Below, in pieces: positions 1 through 8,209 of a DNA stretch of 60,915 nt. The notes under the pieces are model-generated. The model made no database searches. It saw only the letters and a list, made by a program, of their open reading frames with translations, and was not told where the DNA came from. The translations under genes were made by a program, and so were the position numbers. Position 1 is the stretch's first letter; each line of letters opens with the position of its first letter. Source of the DNA: an uncultured Gammaproteobacteria bacterium (GTDB lineage: Bacteria; Patescibacteriota; Patescibacteriia; UBA9934); contig CAYNYL010000001.1 of assembly GCA_964401485.1 (NCBI GenBank), forward strand, positions 2,103 to 63,017. The letters are read 5' to 3'.

Positions 1-56
1 TCGGTCGGGGTCGGGGTCGTCTCGGTCGGGGTCGGGGTCGTCTCGGTCGGGGTCGT
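1..56. repeat. 21-bp tandem repeat, about 2.7 copies visible, encoding TTPTPTE
   Basis: tcggtcggggtcggggtcgtc at 1-21 and 22-42, partial copy at 43-56. Confidence 0.9.
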
Positions 57-323
57 CGTGGTCGTCGTCCCGTTCGCCGCCTCGAGGGCGGAGACGCGGT
101 CCGTGAGCTCACGAATCTCCCGCCGACGGCGGTCGAGGCTGGCCGCGATGCGAACCACCTCGAGCCGGGTCTCGTCGGCGCGCTGACGCGCCTCGGCGAG
201 GTCGAGCTCGGCCGTCGGGGTTCCGCTCGGCTGCGCCGGGCGGCCCGCGGGGGCCGCCGGCTGGGACTGCGCGAACGCGGTCCCGCCGACCAAGAAGGAG
301 AGGACACAGAGGAGGTTGCGCAT
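1..323 (-). CDS. Secreted protein, runs off the window edge: signal peptide, coiled coil, Thr/Pro repeat linker (not in ORF track)
   Basis: Manual translation from ATG at 323: MRNLLCVLSFLVGGTAFAQSQPAAP...ELTDRVSALEAANGTTTTTTPTETTPTPTETTPTPT. Open to base 1; GGAGG at 330-334; high GC3. Confidence 0.8.
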   Translation of the reverse strand, partial: MRNLLCVLSFLVGGTAFAQSQPAAPAGRPAQPSGTPTAELDLAEARQRADETRLEVVRIAASLDRRRREIRELTDRVSALEAANGTTTTTTPTETTPTPTETTPTPT

Positions 324-506
324 GATGCGCCTCCAGCCCATCTAAGGGCGTTAGGGTTTACTTTGCACTGACCGCACGATCCCGCTTTCGCGGAAGGATG
401 CCGCCAGCGCGTTGCGACAATCCTTTGACTCGGCATCTAAAAGTCGGAGGGGAGCTTAAAGATACCGGGTCGAAGGATTGCCGCAGGCTTGAAAGAACGA
501 CACACA

Positions 507-535
507 TTTATAGCATTTTTTGAGGATTTTGTCAA
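507..535 (-). promoter_or_regulatory. sigma70 promoter for the gene starting at 323
   Basis: Minus strand TTGACA-17 nt-TATAAA with TG extended -10. Confidence 0.7.
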
Positions 536-590
536 TACTGAACCCTGGCAAAAATGAAAAAACGCCCGAAAATAGGCATAATTTACGATC

Positions 591-620
591 TTGACAAAAA
601 ACCCCCCTTTCGGCTAAAGT
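591..620 (+). promoter_or_regulatory. sigma70 promoter with no downstream plus-strand ORF
   Basis: TTGACA 591-596, 18-nt spacer, TAAAGT 615-620. Confidence 0.5.
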
Positions 621-625
621 TCGGT

Positions 626-717
626 CAACAAGTCCCCTTCTAGGGCTTTTTCCTGAAACTTGTGACACCTCCTCCTTGTCGCAATGGATGGGAAATGCCC
701 CAAAAGGGGATTTTTTT
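626..717 (+). ncRNA. Candidate small RNA with anti-SD (CCUCCUCCU) hairpin loop
   Basis: Upstream promoter; stem 660-667/677-684 with loop CCTCCTCCT; CCCC-AAAA-GGGG hairpin plus T7 at 698-717. Ends are estimated. Confidence 0.4.
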
Positions 718-1633
718 ATGTCCAAGAAGCTGTTAAAAAGAGGGCCAAAAGAAGGGTCGCGCTTACAAATAAATACCGCTTAAGAAGCGCAGGCGAAAGC
801 TTATCGAGTAAATGAATTCGCGTGATTCCAAGATAAAGATAGAAGAAGATCGTAAACACGGCCGAGTTGACAAGGAAAAACGTTGGGAGCATCGAAACCG
901 CCAAGTAGACCTCGGTTAGTAGCACCGCCCCAACGAAGGCAAACACCCTGCCCTTTTCCGGAACAATCTTACTTACCCAAAACACGCCCTCGATCGCAAA
1001 CAGCGAAATCCAAAAGACCATGAGCGCCGGAATCCAGACTGGAAGAAGGAGGAAGAGCTGCACCGCATAAGTCCCCGCCGTGAAGAAAAACATTCCAATC
1101 AAGAACAAAATGAACGAGAGATACTCGAGCGCATAGGCTTGGTACGAGCTCGGGAGATGATAAAAGGCAAACAAGTTTTCGGCATACAGCCAAACGCCAA
1201 GCGTTACAATAACCCCAAGCAGCAACTTAATCGCCGTAAACTCAAGAAAAAGAAAGAAGAGTAACGAAGCGCCGAGGAAGAAAAGTGGCGTAAGAAAAAA
1301 TGACCAAAACGCTACGGACTGTGGTCGCCAATCAACAAACCAATCAAAGACAATCTTTGCAAGAAGTGCGTAAATTGCCACGTGCCAAAGCTCCAGATCA
1401 GTTCCGAAATACAACGTGGCCCCAAGAAGAATTCCTCCCGTAAGGAACGTATAGACCCAAAAAAACGGCGTTTGCGACTGCCATTTAAGTAATCGCGCGA
1501 AGAGAATCGCGATCAACAGGAAAAATCCCGCAACGACGCTAACGTGCACTGAACCAGCAAATTCAAGAATCAGGTAAAGCACCAGGGTCGCAAACCCAAT
1601 CGCGAGCGCATTAATTCGATAAAGCAGGATCAC
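716..1633 (-). CDS. Multi-pass membrane protein of unknown function
   Basis: 305 aa, almost entirely hydrophobic helices; overlaps the upstream gene by 4 nt. Confidence 0.75.
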   Translation of the reverse strand: MILLYRINALAIGFATLVLYLILEFAGSVHVSVVAGFFLLIAILFARLLKWQSQTPFFWVYTFLTGGILLGATLYFGTDLELWHVAIYALLAKIVFDWFVDWRPQSVAFWSFFLTPLFFLGASLLFFLFLEFTAIKLLLGVIVTLGVWLYAENLFAFYHLPSSYQAYALEYLSFILFLIGMFFFTAGTYAVQLFLLLPVWIPALMVFWISLFAIEGVFWVSKIVPEKGRVFAFVGAVLLTEVYLAVSMLPTFFLVNSAVFTIFFYLYLGITRIHLLDKLSPALLKRYLFVSATLLLALFLTASWT

Positions 1634-1995
1634 AGCGAAGCGGTTACAAATGGATAGAGTGTCTTAATTGTCCGAATTACCGGTTCTAAATCCGCTCCCC
1701 CTTGAATTCCATTCCCGACAAGAAGCGTCATTGCAAGATGTGCCTCCGTGTATTCTTTTGGCACCGCCTGTAGACGAAGCGACTCAAAGAGCGCATCACC
1801 GTCTTTATCCTCCTCGTAGGTTGAGAACATTTTTTGCACAGCGAGCTCGTAACCTACTTTCGTTACCCCAAGCGTCTGCGATAACGGTTCTTGTTCTAGT
1901 GGTTCCATTTCTCTCCCATATTCAATCGCCACAATCGCAAACAAGAGAATGAACGTGAGGCCAATTAAAATATGTGGAAACCAGGAACGGTGCAT
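1630..1995 (-). CDS. Hypothetical protein with N-terminal TM helix
   Basis: 121 aa, tightly packed between neighbours in the same orientation. Confidence 0.7.
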   Translation of the reverse strand: MHRSWFPHILIGLTFILLFAIVAIEYGREMEPLEQEPLSQTLGVTKVGYELAVQKMFSTYEEDKDGDALFESLRLQAVPKEYTEAHLAMTLLVGNGIQGGADLEPVIRTIKTLYPFVTASL

Positions 1996-1996
1996 A

Positions 1997-3058
1997 TTAT
2001 CCTTTTAACTCGTACCATTCTTTGATGACAACTCCAAGAATCATCGTAAGTGGAATCGCAAGGAGAGAACCAATAGCCCCGGCAAATATTGAATGATAGA
2101 GGAGAATCCCGACCTCGAACCCAACCGCGACTGCGATAATCGTAAAGACGGGCGAAATCCCCCCTACCCGCTTAAAGACGTTTGGCGTGATTACGTGATT
2201 TTCAAGTTGTTGAATAATGAAGAATCCGACCGCCGTTGCCCCGGCGAGCGGAAGCGAAACGGTTGATGCAACGAGCGTCGCAACAAGTCCTGCAACATTC
2301 GGTCCAAGAAATGGAATAATCTCGAGAAAACCGCCAATGAGCGCAAGAAGTAGAGCAAACGGGACATCAAGGATCGTAAGAACGATGAAATCAAGCGCGA
2401 AAATGATGATCATGATCAAAATCTGTCCGCGAAGCCAGGCGCTTACCTGTACCTGAACCTTTGGAACAAGCTTGAACAAAAATTGTTTCCATTCGATTGG
2501 GAAGTTGATTGCGTCAATCCCCTTTCGAATCGAAGAGCGTTCAAGAACAAGGTAGAGCGCAAGCACCATGACGATAATAATCGTGAGTGCACCTCCAAAC
2601 GCCGAGCTCACAAGTCCGCCAAGATAGTTCGCTAGATCAAAGATATTCCCGCTTGTCACGCCCTGACTTGAGAGAATCTCGGCGATTTCCGAAATATCCT
2701 CTTTAAAAATAGCCCCTGACGTGACGTTTTCCACGATTGGATACTGCGTAAGAAAGGCGGTAATCGGTCCATTGTACTGATCCGCTAACTCGGTAATTTG
2801 ACGGGCGAGCGACGGAAGAATCAATGCGGATAGAAGAACGAGAAGACCGATGCCCACGAGATAGCTCCCAACTACAGTTAGCGCCATCGGTACGCGAAAT
2901 CGAGCGAAGTACTTTGCCGTCGGCTCAACAAGAGCAGCTAGGATAAGTGAGGCGAAAACAATAATCGCGACGTTCTTTAAGAAATAAAGACTCGCTAAAA
3001 CAACAACGATCCCAAAGATCATGACCAAAGGACTCCCCGTCTTTTCTCGACTTCCCAT
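1997..3058 (-). CDS. AI-2E family (PerM-like) transporter
   Basis: Motifs WLRGQI, EIIPFLGP, IIQQLENHVITPNV, ISPVFTIIA, GSLLAIP. Confidence 0.9.
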   Translation of the reverse strand: MGSREKTGSPLVMIFGIVVVLASLYFLKNVAIIVFASLILAALVEPTAKYFARFRVPMALTVVGSYLVGIGLLVLLSALILPSLARQITELADQYNGPITAFLTQYPIVENVTSGAIFKEDISEIAEILSSQGVTSGNIFDLANYLGGLVSSAFGGALTIIIVMVLALYLVLERSSIRKGIDAINFPIEWKQFLFKLVPKVQVQVSAWLRGQILIMIIIFALDFIVLTILDVPFALLLALIGGFLEIIPFLGPNVAGLVATLVASTVSLPLAGATAVGFFIIQQLENHVITPNVFKRVGGISPVFTIIAVAVGFEVGILLYHSIFAGAIGSLLAIPLTMILGVVIKEWYELKG

Positions 3059-3090
3059 ATGAAACTAGTATAACATAGGGGGCAGAAGCT

Positions 3091-3531
3091 ATGAAAACGC
3101 TTGCGATCAACAAGTACGCAAAATCTGATTACGAGATCCTCTCGCTCCACGAGGGTGGGTTAGCGCTCACTGGCGCCGAAGTTAAATCGGCAAAACTTGG
3201 TCATATCCAGCTTAAAGGAAGCTTTTTGTCGATCGAGGGTGGTCAACTCGTTGTCAAAAACATGTTTATTGCCCGCTACGCGCCGGCTGGCCCCGAAGCT
3301 CCCCACGACGAAACTCGCACCCGAAACGTCCTTGTCCACGCCTCGGAACTTCGCCAATTTATCGGAAAAAAGCAGGCCGAAGGATTGACATTAGTGCCTA
3401 TTCGCGTGTATACTAAACGCAGTTTGGTAAAGCTTGAATTTGCGGTTGCAAAAGGAAAAAAGCAGTACGAAAAGCGCGATACCATCAAAAAACGAGATCT
3501 AGACCGACGACTCCGCCGAGGACTCGATTAG
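3091..3531 (+). CDS. smpB: SsrA-binding protein SmpB
   Basis: INKYAKSDY, GLALTGAEVKSAK, GKKQYEKRDTIKKRD; adjacent to tmRNA. Confidence 0.97.
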   Translation: MKTLAINKYAKSDYEILSLHEGGLALTGAEVKSAKLGHIQLKGSFLSIEGGQLVVKNMFIARYAPAGPEAPHDETRTRNVLVHASELRQFIGKKQAEGLTLVPIRVYTKRSLVKLEFAVAKGKKQYEKRDTIKKRDLDRRLRRGLD

Positions 3532-3567
3532 TCGACGCTCCCCGCTTATCCTTTTAGGAGGCTAGAC

Positions 3568-3948
3568 GGGGCCCGTCGGGATTCGACGGCAAAGGTTCCT
3601 TTCTAAAGATCAGGTCGAAGTCATTCCCTTCGTTAAAAGAATGAACGACATACTTGGAAACGTCAAAACCGCAGGACTTGTTCGAATGAACCTTCCTGCA
3701 TTTGCCCTCGCGTAACTAACGCATCGGCCATCTCCCCACTTCGCTCGTAGGTGGATCAGAGGTGTAATATAACGAGCTTGGGACGATTCGCCGGTTACGA
3801 ATCGTTTAACCTCCATTAACCGAAACGCCTCCGTGCATTTTCGTCATGCATTAAGCCGGAAGCGACCCCCAAAGCATGACTACACCTGTAAACACATCGA
3901 TAGAGAGATATTTGTCACACGGGAGTTCAACTCTCCCCGGGTCCACCA
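3568..3948 (+). ncRNA. ssrA: tmRNA, one-piece; probable tag AGLVRMNLPAFALA* at 3671-3715
   Basis: 5' GGGGCCCGTCGGGATTCGAC; 3' T-arm GGGAGTTCAACTCTCCC and CCACCA; tag frame ending FALA-TAA. The resume codon is inferred. Confidence 0.93.
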
Positions 3949-3968
3949 ATAATTTGTAATAGTTCGCC

Positions 3969-4517
3969 ATGCGCATCCACCGCCACCGTCAACGAAAATC
4001 ACAAATCGTGATTCCGCAGTATAAAGTTAACGATAAAATCCGTTCTGATGAGGTGCGGGTCATTTTTGGGGAAACAAATGACGTAATGACGCGGGAGGCA
4101 GCAATCGCGCTCGCCGAAGAGCATGGACTCGATTTGATCGAGGTTTCGCCAAAGGCAAACCCTCCGGTCTGTAAACTAATGGATTTCGGTTCATTTAAGT
4201 ACCAAAAGGAAAAGGAAGTGAAGAAACAAAAGGCCGCGCAAAAGGAAATTGAAATCAAGGGAATCCGACTTACGGTTCGAATCGGAGAGGGAGACCTCGA
4301 AATCCGACGAAAGCAAGCGCTTAAATTCCTCGAAAAGGGTTCAAAGGTCCGAATTGAGATGATTTTGCGAGGTCGAGAGAAGGCCTACCGAGATCGCGCC
4401 CAAGAAATTATCGATGGATTTATCGCGAGCGTGAAGGAAGTTCGACCTGTAAAAGTTGAATCCCCTCTTAAAAACGTCGGAAATCGTATCCATACGATTA
4501 TTGCAAACGAGGGATAA
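3969..4517 (+). CDS. infC: Translation initiation factor IF-3
   Basis: VNDKIRSDEVRVI, LDLIEVSPKANPPVCKLMDFG, MILRGRE. Confidence 0.97.
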   Translation: MRIHRHRQRKSQIVIPQYKVNDKIRSDEVRVIFGETNDVMTREAAIALAEEHGLDLIEVSPKANPPVCKLMDFGSFKYQKEKEVKKQKAAQKEIEIKGIRLTVRIGEGDLEIRRKQALKFLEKGSKVRIEMILRGREKAYRDRAQEIIDGFIASVKEVRPVKVESPLKNVGNRIHTIIANEG

Positions 4518-4568
4518 ATCCTTGACAGAATCCCCCATTCCGCATAAACTTCCACGGTATTCATTTAT

Positions 4569-4766
4569 ATGAAACAAAAGACCTACAAAGCACTCGCAAA
4601 ACGAGTCAAAATTTCGAAGCGAGGCAAGGTTCTTAAGCGTAAAGCAGGTCAAGACCATTTTAACGCACGTGAAAGCGGAAAAACCCGCCGAAACAAGCGT
4701 CGAGATGTGACCATGCCAGCCGTTGTCCAAAAGACAATTGAATCGCTGCTTCCATACCATAACTAA
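4569..4766 (+). CDS. rpmI: 50S ribosomal protein L35
   Basis: MKQKTYKALAKRVKISKRGKV; infC-rpmI-rplT order. Confidence 0.95.
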   Translation: MKQKTYKALAKRVKISKRGKVLKRKAGQDHFNARESGKTRRNKRRDVTMPAVVQKTIESLLPYHN

Positions 4767-4829
4767 TCGAGGATCGGGATCAGAAGTACCGCAAATGGGC
4801 GGTCCCCAGAACTCATTAATGAAATCACT

Positions 4830-5174
4830 ATGCCACGTGTCAAACGAGGAATGATTCATACCAAGCGACGCTCGTCGCTCATGAAAAAAGTGAAGGGATA
4901 CAAGTGGGGACGAAAGAATAAAATCCGTCTCGCACGCCCAGCGATGTTAAAAGCTGGTTCGTACGCCTTCCGCGACCGTCGCGCAAAAAAGCGCACGTTC
5001 CGCCAACTCTGGAACTTGAAAATTAACGCTGGGGCTCGTATGCACGGCATGACCTATTCGACCTTGATCCACGCGATGAAGGAGAAGGGAATGCTCATTG
5101 ACCGCAAGATTCTTGCGACTCTCGCTGAAAAGCACCCGGAAATGTTCAAAGCCGTAATCGATTCGGTTAAATAA
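4830..5174 (+). CDS. rplT: 50S ribosomal protein L20
   Basis: MPRVKRG, YAFRDRRAKKRTFRQLW, IDRKILA. Confidence 0.98.
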   Translation: MPRVKRGMIHTKRRSSLMKKVKGYKWGRKNKIRLARPAMLKAGSYAFRDRRAKKRTFRQLWNLKINAGARMHGMTYSTLIHAMKEKGMLIDRKILATLAEKHPEMFKAVIDSVK

Positions 5175-5196
5175 TCGATAGGGGTGCAAACCTCGC

Positions 5197-5223
5197 AAAA
5201 CCCCGCCTAACTGGCGGTTTTTT
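5197..5223 (+). terminator. Rho-independent terminator of rplT
   Basis: CCGCC-TAACT-GGCGG followed by a T run. Confidence 0.7.
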
Positions 5224-5248
5224 GTTTTGTCCCTTAAGATTCTCTTAT

Positions 5249-6046
5249 ATGGATTTGTTATTTGATATCGGCGGTACGTTCTCGAGATTCGCCATCGTGG
5301 AGAACGGGACGATCGGCCCCGTACAAAAAGTTCCCACTCCGAAAGATTTCGATACGGCAATGACCACTTTCTCTCAACTAATAAATAATTTACGCGGCAA
5401 TGGTCATTTTACTCAAGCTGCAGGTTGCTCCGTCGGTCCATTGAATTTCGAGAAATCAAGGATGATTCACCCACCGAATCTTCCAAGTTGGCATGATCAG
5501 CCCCTCCGGGACAGTCTTCAAAAGATCTGTGGTTGCCCTGTGAGCATTGAAAATGACGCGGATCTCGCAGGACTCGGAGAAGCAACTTATGGCGCCGGCA
5601 GGGGGAAGTCTATCGTCGTTTACTACACGATTAGCACGGGCGTCGGCGGAGCTCGAATTGTAGACGGTAAAATCGATAAAAGTCGTTTTGGAATGGAACC
5701 TGGGTATCAAATCATTGATCCAAATAATCCAAACGGTCACTTAGAAGGACTTGTTTCGGGCACAGCGCTACTTACTCGTTACAGGAAAGCCGGTGAGGAA
5801 ATACAGGATCCAGCGATTTGGAATAGCGTTGCGGAGTCTCTTGCGATTGGGCTCCATAATTCCATAGTTCATTGGTCGCCAGACATTATCATTCTCGGCG
5901 GATCGGTCATGAAAAGCCTACCACTCAATCTCGTTTCGGATCATCTTAAATCCCGCATGCATATTTTTACCGAGATTCCAGAACTCGTTCTTACGACGCT
6001 CGACGAACCGGGACTTTACGGCGCGCTTTCGCTTCTTAAAAACTAA
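5249..6046 (+). CDS. ROK family sugar kinase (glucokinase-like)
   Basis: FDIGGT, ENDADLAGLGE, ISTGVGG, GHLEGLVSG, ILGGSV; start placed at ATG 5249. Confidence 0.9.
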   Translation: MDLLFDIGGTFSRFAIVENGTIGPVQKVPTPKDFDTAMTTFSQLINNLRGNGHFTQAAGCSVGPLNFEKSRMIHPPNLPSWHDQPLRDSLQKICGCPVSIENDADLAGLGEATYGAGRGKSIVVYYTISTGVGGARIVDGKIDKSRFGMEPGYQIIDPNNPNGHLEGLVSGTALLTRYRKAGEEIQDPAIWNSVAESLAIGLHNSIVHWSPDIIILGGSVMKSLPLNLVSDHLKSRMHIFTEIPELVLTTLDEPGLYGALSLLKN

Positions 6047-6097
6047 ACGGCCGGCAACCCGTAGGATCGCCGACCGCACGCACACATCCTCCGAACT

Positions 6098-6943
6098 TTA
6101 CGCGAGCTCGGGGAACTCGCGACAAATGAGCGAAGCGACGTGGCCCGAGATGTCTCCGAACGCTCCTTGACTCGCGTAGTAACGGAGCCCTTCCGCGAAC
6201 CCCATCCCGTCGGGATGCGTCGCGACGAACCCACCGTTCAACTTGGTTGCCGACTTGATCTCGGGAACCGCGTTTGCGACCGCAATCACGCGCGCTTCGG
6301 GGATCACGAGCTCAAGGTCGTTCACCCCGTCAATCGCCGTGAGGACTTCCTCGGTCGTGATGCCGAAGGCCTTGCAAATCGCCTCGACGCCAAGCCCCTT
6401 GTGCAGGCTCCCGGGTAGCACGTCGACACAGCCGTCGCTGAATCGGTGCACCTTGAGCGGAAACTTTCGATCGTTGATCACGTCTAGAAAGTACTCCGCC
6501 CACGGAACAGTCGCCTCAAGATCCGTTCCCGAGGGAAAGAGCGAGATCACCGCCTCCTTGAGTTCGGGTCGACAGGACTGACGCTGTCCTCGACAGTAGA
6601 AGGTCCGTTCGATCGGGCTGAGTTCGATATGCCGTGCAAAGATCGCGAGGTCCCTCGCACCTCCCTTCACAGCCTCATGCACACGGTAGGCCGGCGGGTT
6701 GCGTTCGACCGTCTCGAGCACAACCGCACCCGTCTCTGCAATGACGAAGTCCCAAACCATCCCGATCCCGCAAGCGAGTCCGCGCGCATAATCGGCATTC
6801 TTCCCCGTAACGGGACCAACCTTGATTCCGAACGTCTGAAGCCCGCGAAGGACTCGACCAACGCGCGGATCAATCGGCCCACCCTGAGGCATCACCGTTC
6901 CATCAACGTCAAAGCCAACCAATCTAATCGTTTTTTTCGACAT
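6098..6943 (-). CDS. HAD-superfamily class IIB (Cof/SPP-like) phosphatase
   Basis: FDVDGT, VTGK, AETGA, DVLPGSLHKG, DGVNDLE, AVANA; SD AGGAGG. Confidence 0.85.
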   Translation of the reverse strand: MSKKTIRLVGFDVDGTVMPQGGPIDPRVGRVLRGLQTFGIKVGPVTGKNADYARGLACGIGMVWDFVIAETGAVVLETVERNPPAYRVHEAVKGGARDLAIFARHIELSPIERTFYCRGQRQSCRPELKEAVISLFPSGTDLEATVPWAEYFLDVINDRKFPLKVHRFSDGCVDVLPGSLHKGLGVEAICKAFGITTEEVLTAIDGVNDLELVIPEARVIAVANAVPEIKSATKLNGGFVATHPDGMGFAEGLRYYASQGAFGDISGHVASLICREFPELA

Positions 6944-7038
6944 CTATCCTCCTTCCCTTTCGGGATACCCAAACTTAGCGTATTCCTTTAAATTTGTACA
7001 TATTTTGGCCATTTCCCTGCTTTCTTAAACCTCTTTCA

Positions 7039-7067
7039 TTGACAAAAAGGCCATTTTCTGCTACTAT
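7039..7067 (+). promoter_or_regulatory. sigma70 promoter for 7151
   Basis: TTGACA-AAAAGGCCATTTTCTGC-TACTAT, 17-nt spacer. Confidence 0.75.
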
Positions 7068-7150
7068 TTCAAGTCATGTTGGCCGGTAATCGGCTAGCAG
7101 ACACAGTTCTATAGACCCCAGAAGCCGCCAAGTGCGGTAAGGAGAAGGCG

Positions 7151-8035
7151 ATGAACCAGATCGAAACCTGCCTCGAGAACCTCGAGAACGCGCGAGATGC
7201 GCTTCTCACGGCGCAGGGAGAGCAGGCCACCGCCGAGCGCGAGCTCGCGACGGCGAAGACCGTCCTCGACACGGCGAAGGCCGCAACGCCCCAGGACGCC
7301 ACGGCGATCGCGACGGCGCAGACCAACTTCGACAAGGCGACCGAGACGGTCACCAAAGCGAAGAAGGCCACGAATCGTGCCAAGGCTGGGGTGATCGCAG
7401 CCGAGGGCTCGCTCAAGCGCGCCCAGGATCTGCTCACCGCCCCGCCCGAAGCGCCCCCGTCGGTCAGCGAGCGTGCGTTCCCCTTGATCGTCGCCTCCCT
7501 GGTCGGCCTCACCGCGGTCGTCGTCGGCCTGCTCTGGGCCTACGGAAGCGCGCCCGAGCTCGCGACTGCCGACGCGCTCGACAGCGTGGCGGTCGACGTC
7601 CGAGCGACGAAGGGCAAGGTCACGGAGCTCAAGACCCGCATGACCGACGTCGAACGTCGGATCACGCTGATGGAGCAGGTCCCGACGACGTCGCGCGCCG
7701 GAGCGGTCGTCACGACCCAGGGCTCGGCCGTCGACCCGACCACCCTCGCGGTGGCGGCGTCGGACGTCAATTGGTATCCGGCGAACGAGGAGGAGCCCAA
7801 CCGCTCCTTCTGGACCCGGCCGGACGGCGTGACGGTCGTGTTCATGGGAGTGCTCCTCGAGGACGCCTGTTGGCTCGCGAACGACACCAACACGATGCTC
7901 GGGTGCAACGTCCGCGAGTCGGACAAGGCCCCGTTCCTCGCCTCCTGCGGGGACGGCCCGCGCGGGATCAAGGCCGCGACGGCGACGTGCCCCGAGGTGG
8001 TCATCACCTCCTCGGCGCCGCTCACCCGCGGCTGA
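7151..8035 (+). CDS. GC-rich hypothetical membrane protein: Ala-rich coiled coil, TM helix, coiled coil, Cys-containing C-terminal domain
   Basis: 294 aa, high GC3, SD AAGGAG, hydrophobic LIVASLVGLTAVVVGLLWA. Confidence 0.8.
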   Translation: MNQIETCLENLENARDALLTAQGEQATAERELATAKTVLDTAKAATPQDATAIATAQTNFDKATETVTKAKKATNRAKAGVIAAEGSLKRAQDLLTAPPEAPPSVSERAFPLIVASLVGLTAVVVGLLWAYGSAPELATADALDSVAVDVRATKGKVTELKTRMTDVERRITLMEQVPTTSRAGAVVTTQGSAVDPTTLAVAASDVNWYPANEEEPNRSFWTRPDGVTVVFMGVLLEDACWLANDTNTMLGCNVRESDKAPFLASCGDGPRGIKAATATCPEVVITSSAPLTRG

Positions 8036-8068
8036 CCAATGGTCCGAGCCACCTGACGGCTCAACTAC

Positions 8069-8118
8069 GACCGGTCCTGCAATGCGCAAGCATCTCGCGG
8101 GACCGGTCTTCTGCTTTA
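8069..8118 (+). terminator. Terminator after 8035
   Basis: GACCGGTCCTGC...GCGGGACCGGTC stem with inner ATGC-GCAA-GCAT, then TTCTGCTTT. Confidence 0.7.
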
Positions 8119-8209
8119 CAAAAATGAAAAAATGCATTAGTATTACCCGTCGTACTCTTTAGATCTTCAAATCGGGGCGACATGCCCTTTCAACAAAACG
8201 AGGCTTCAC

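Noticed and set aside
456-725. 89-aa ORF
   Set aside because: Spans promoters and hairpins, atypical composition; better explained as regulatory DNA.
3610-3816. 68-aa ORF
   Set aside because: Antisense to tmRNA.
4767-4829. Hairpin ACCGC-AAATGG-GCGGT between rpmI and rplT as an L20 autoregulatory element
   Set aside because: A single 5-bp stem; known L20 leaders lie upstream of infC or rpmI; insufficient support.
7109-8137. 342-aa antisense ORF
   Set aside because: Shadow of the GC3-rich sense gene 7151-8035; Arg/Gly-rich composition, no RBS.
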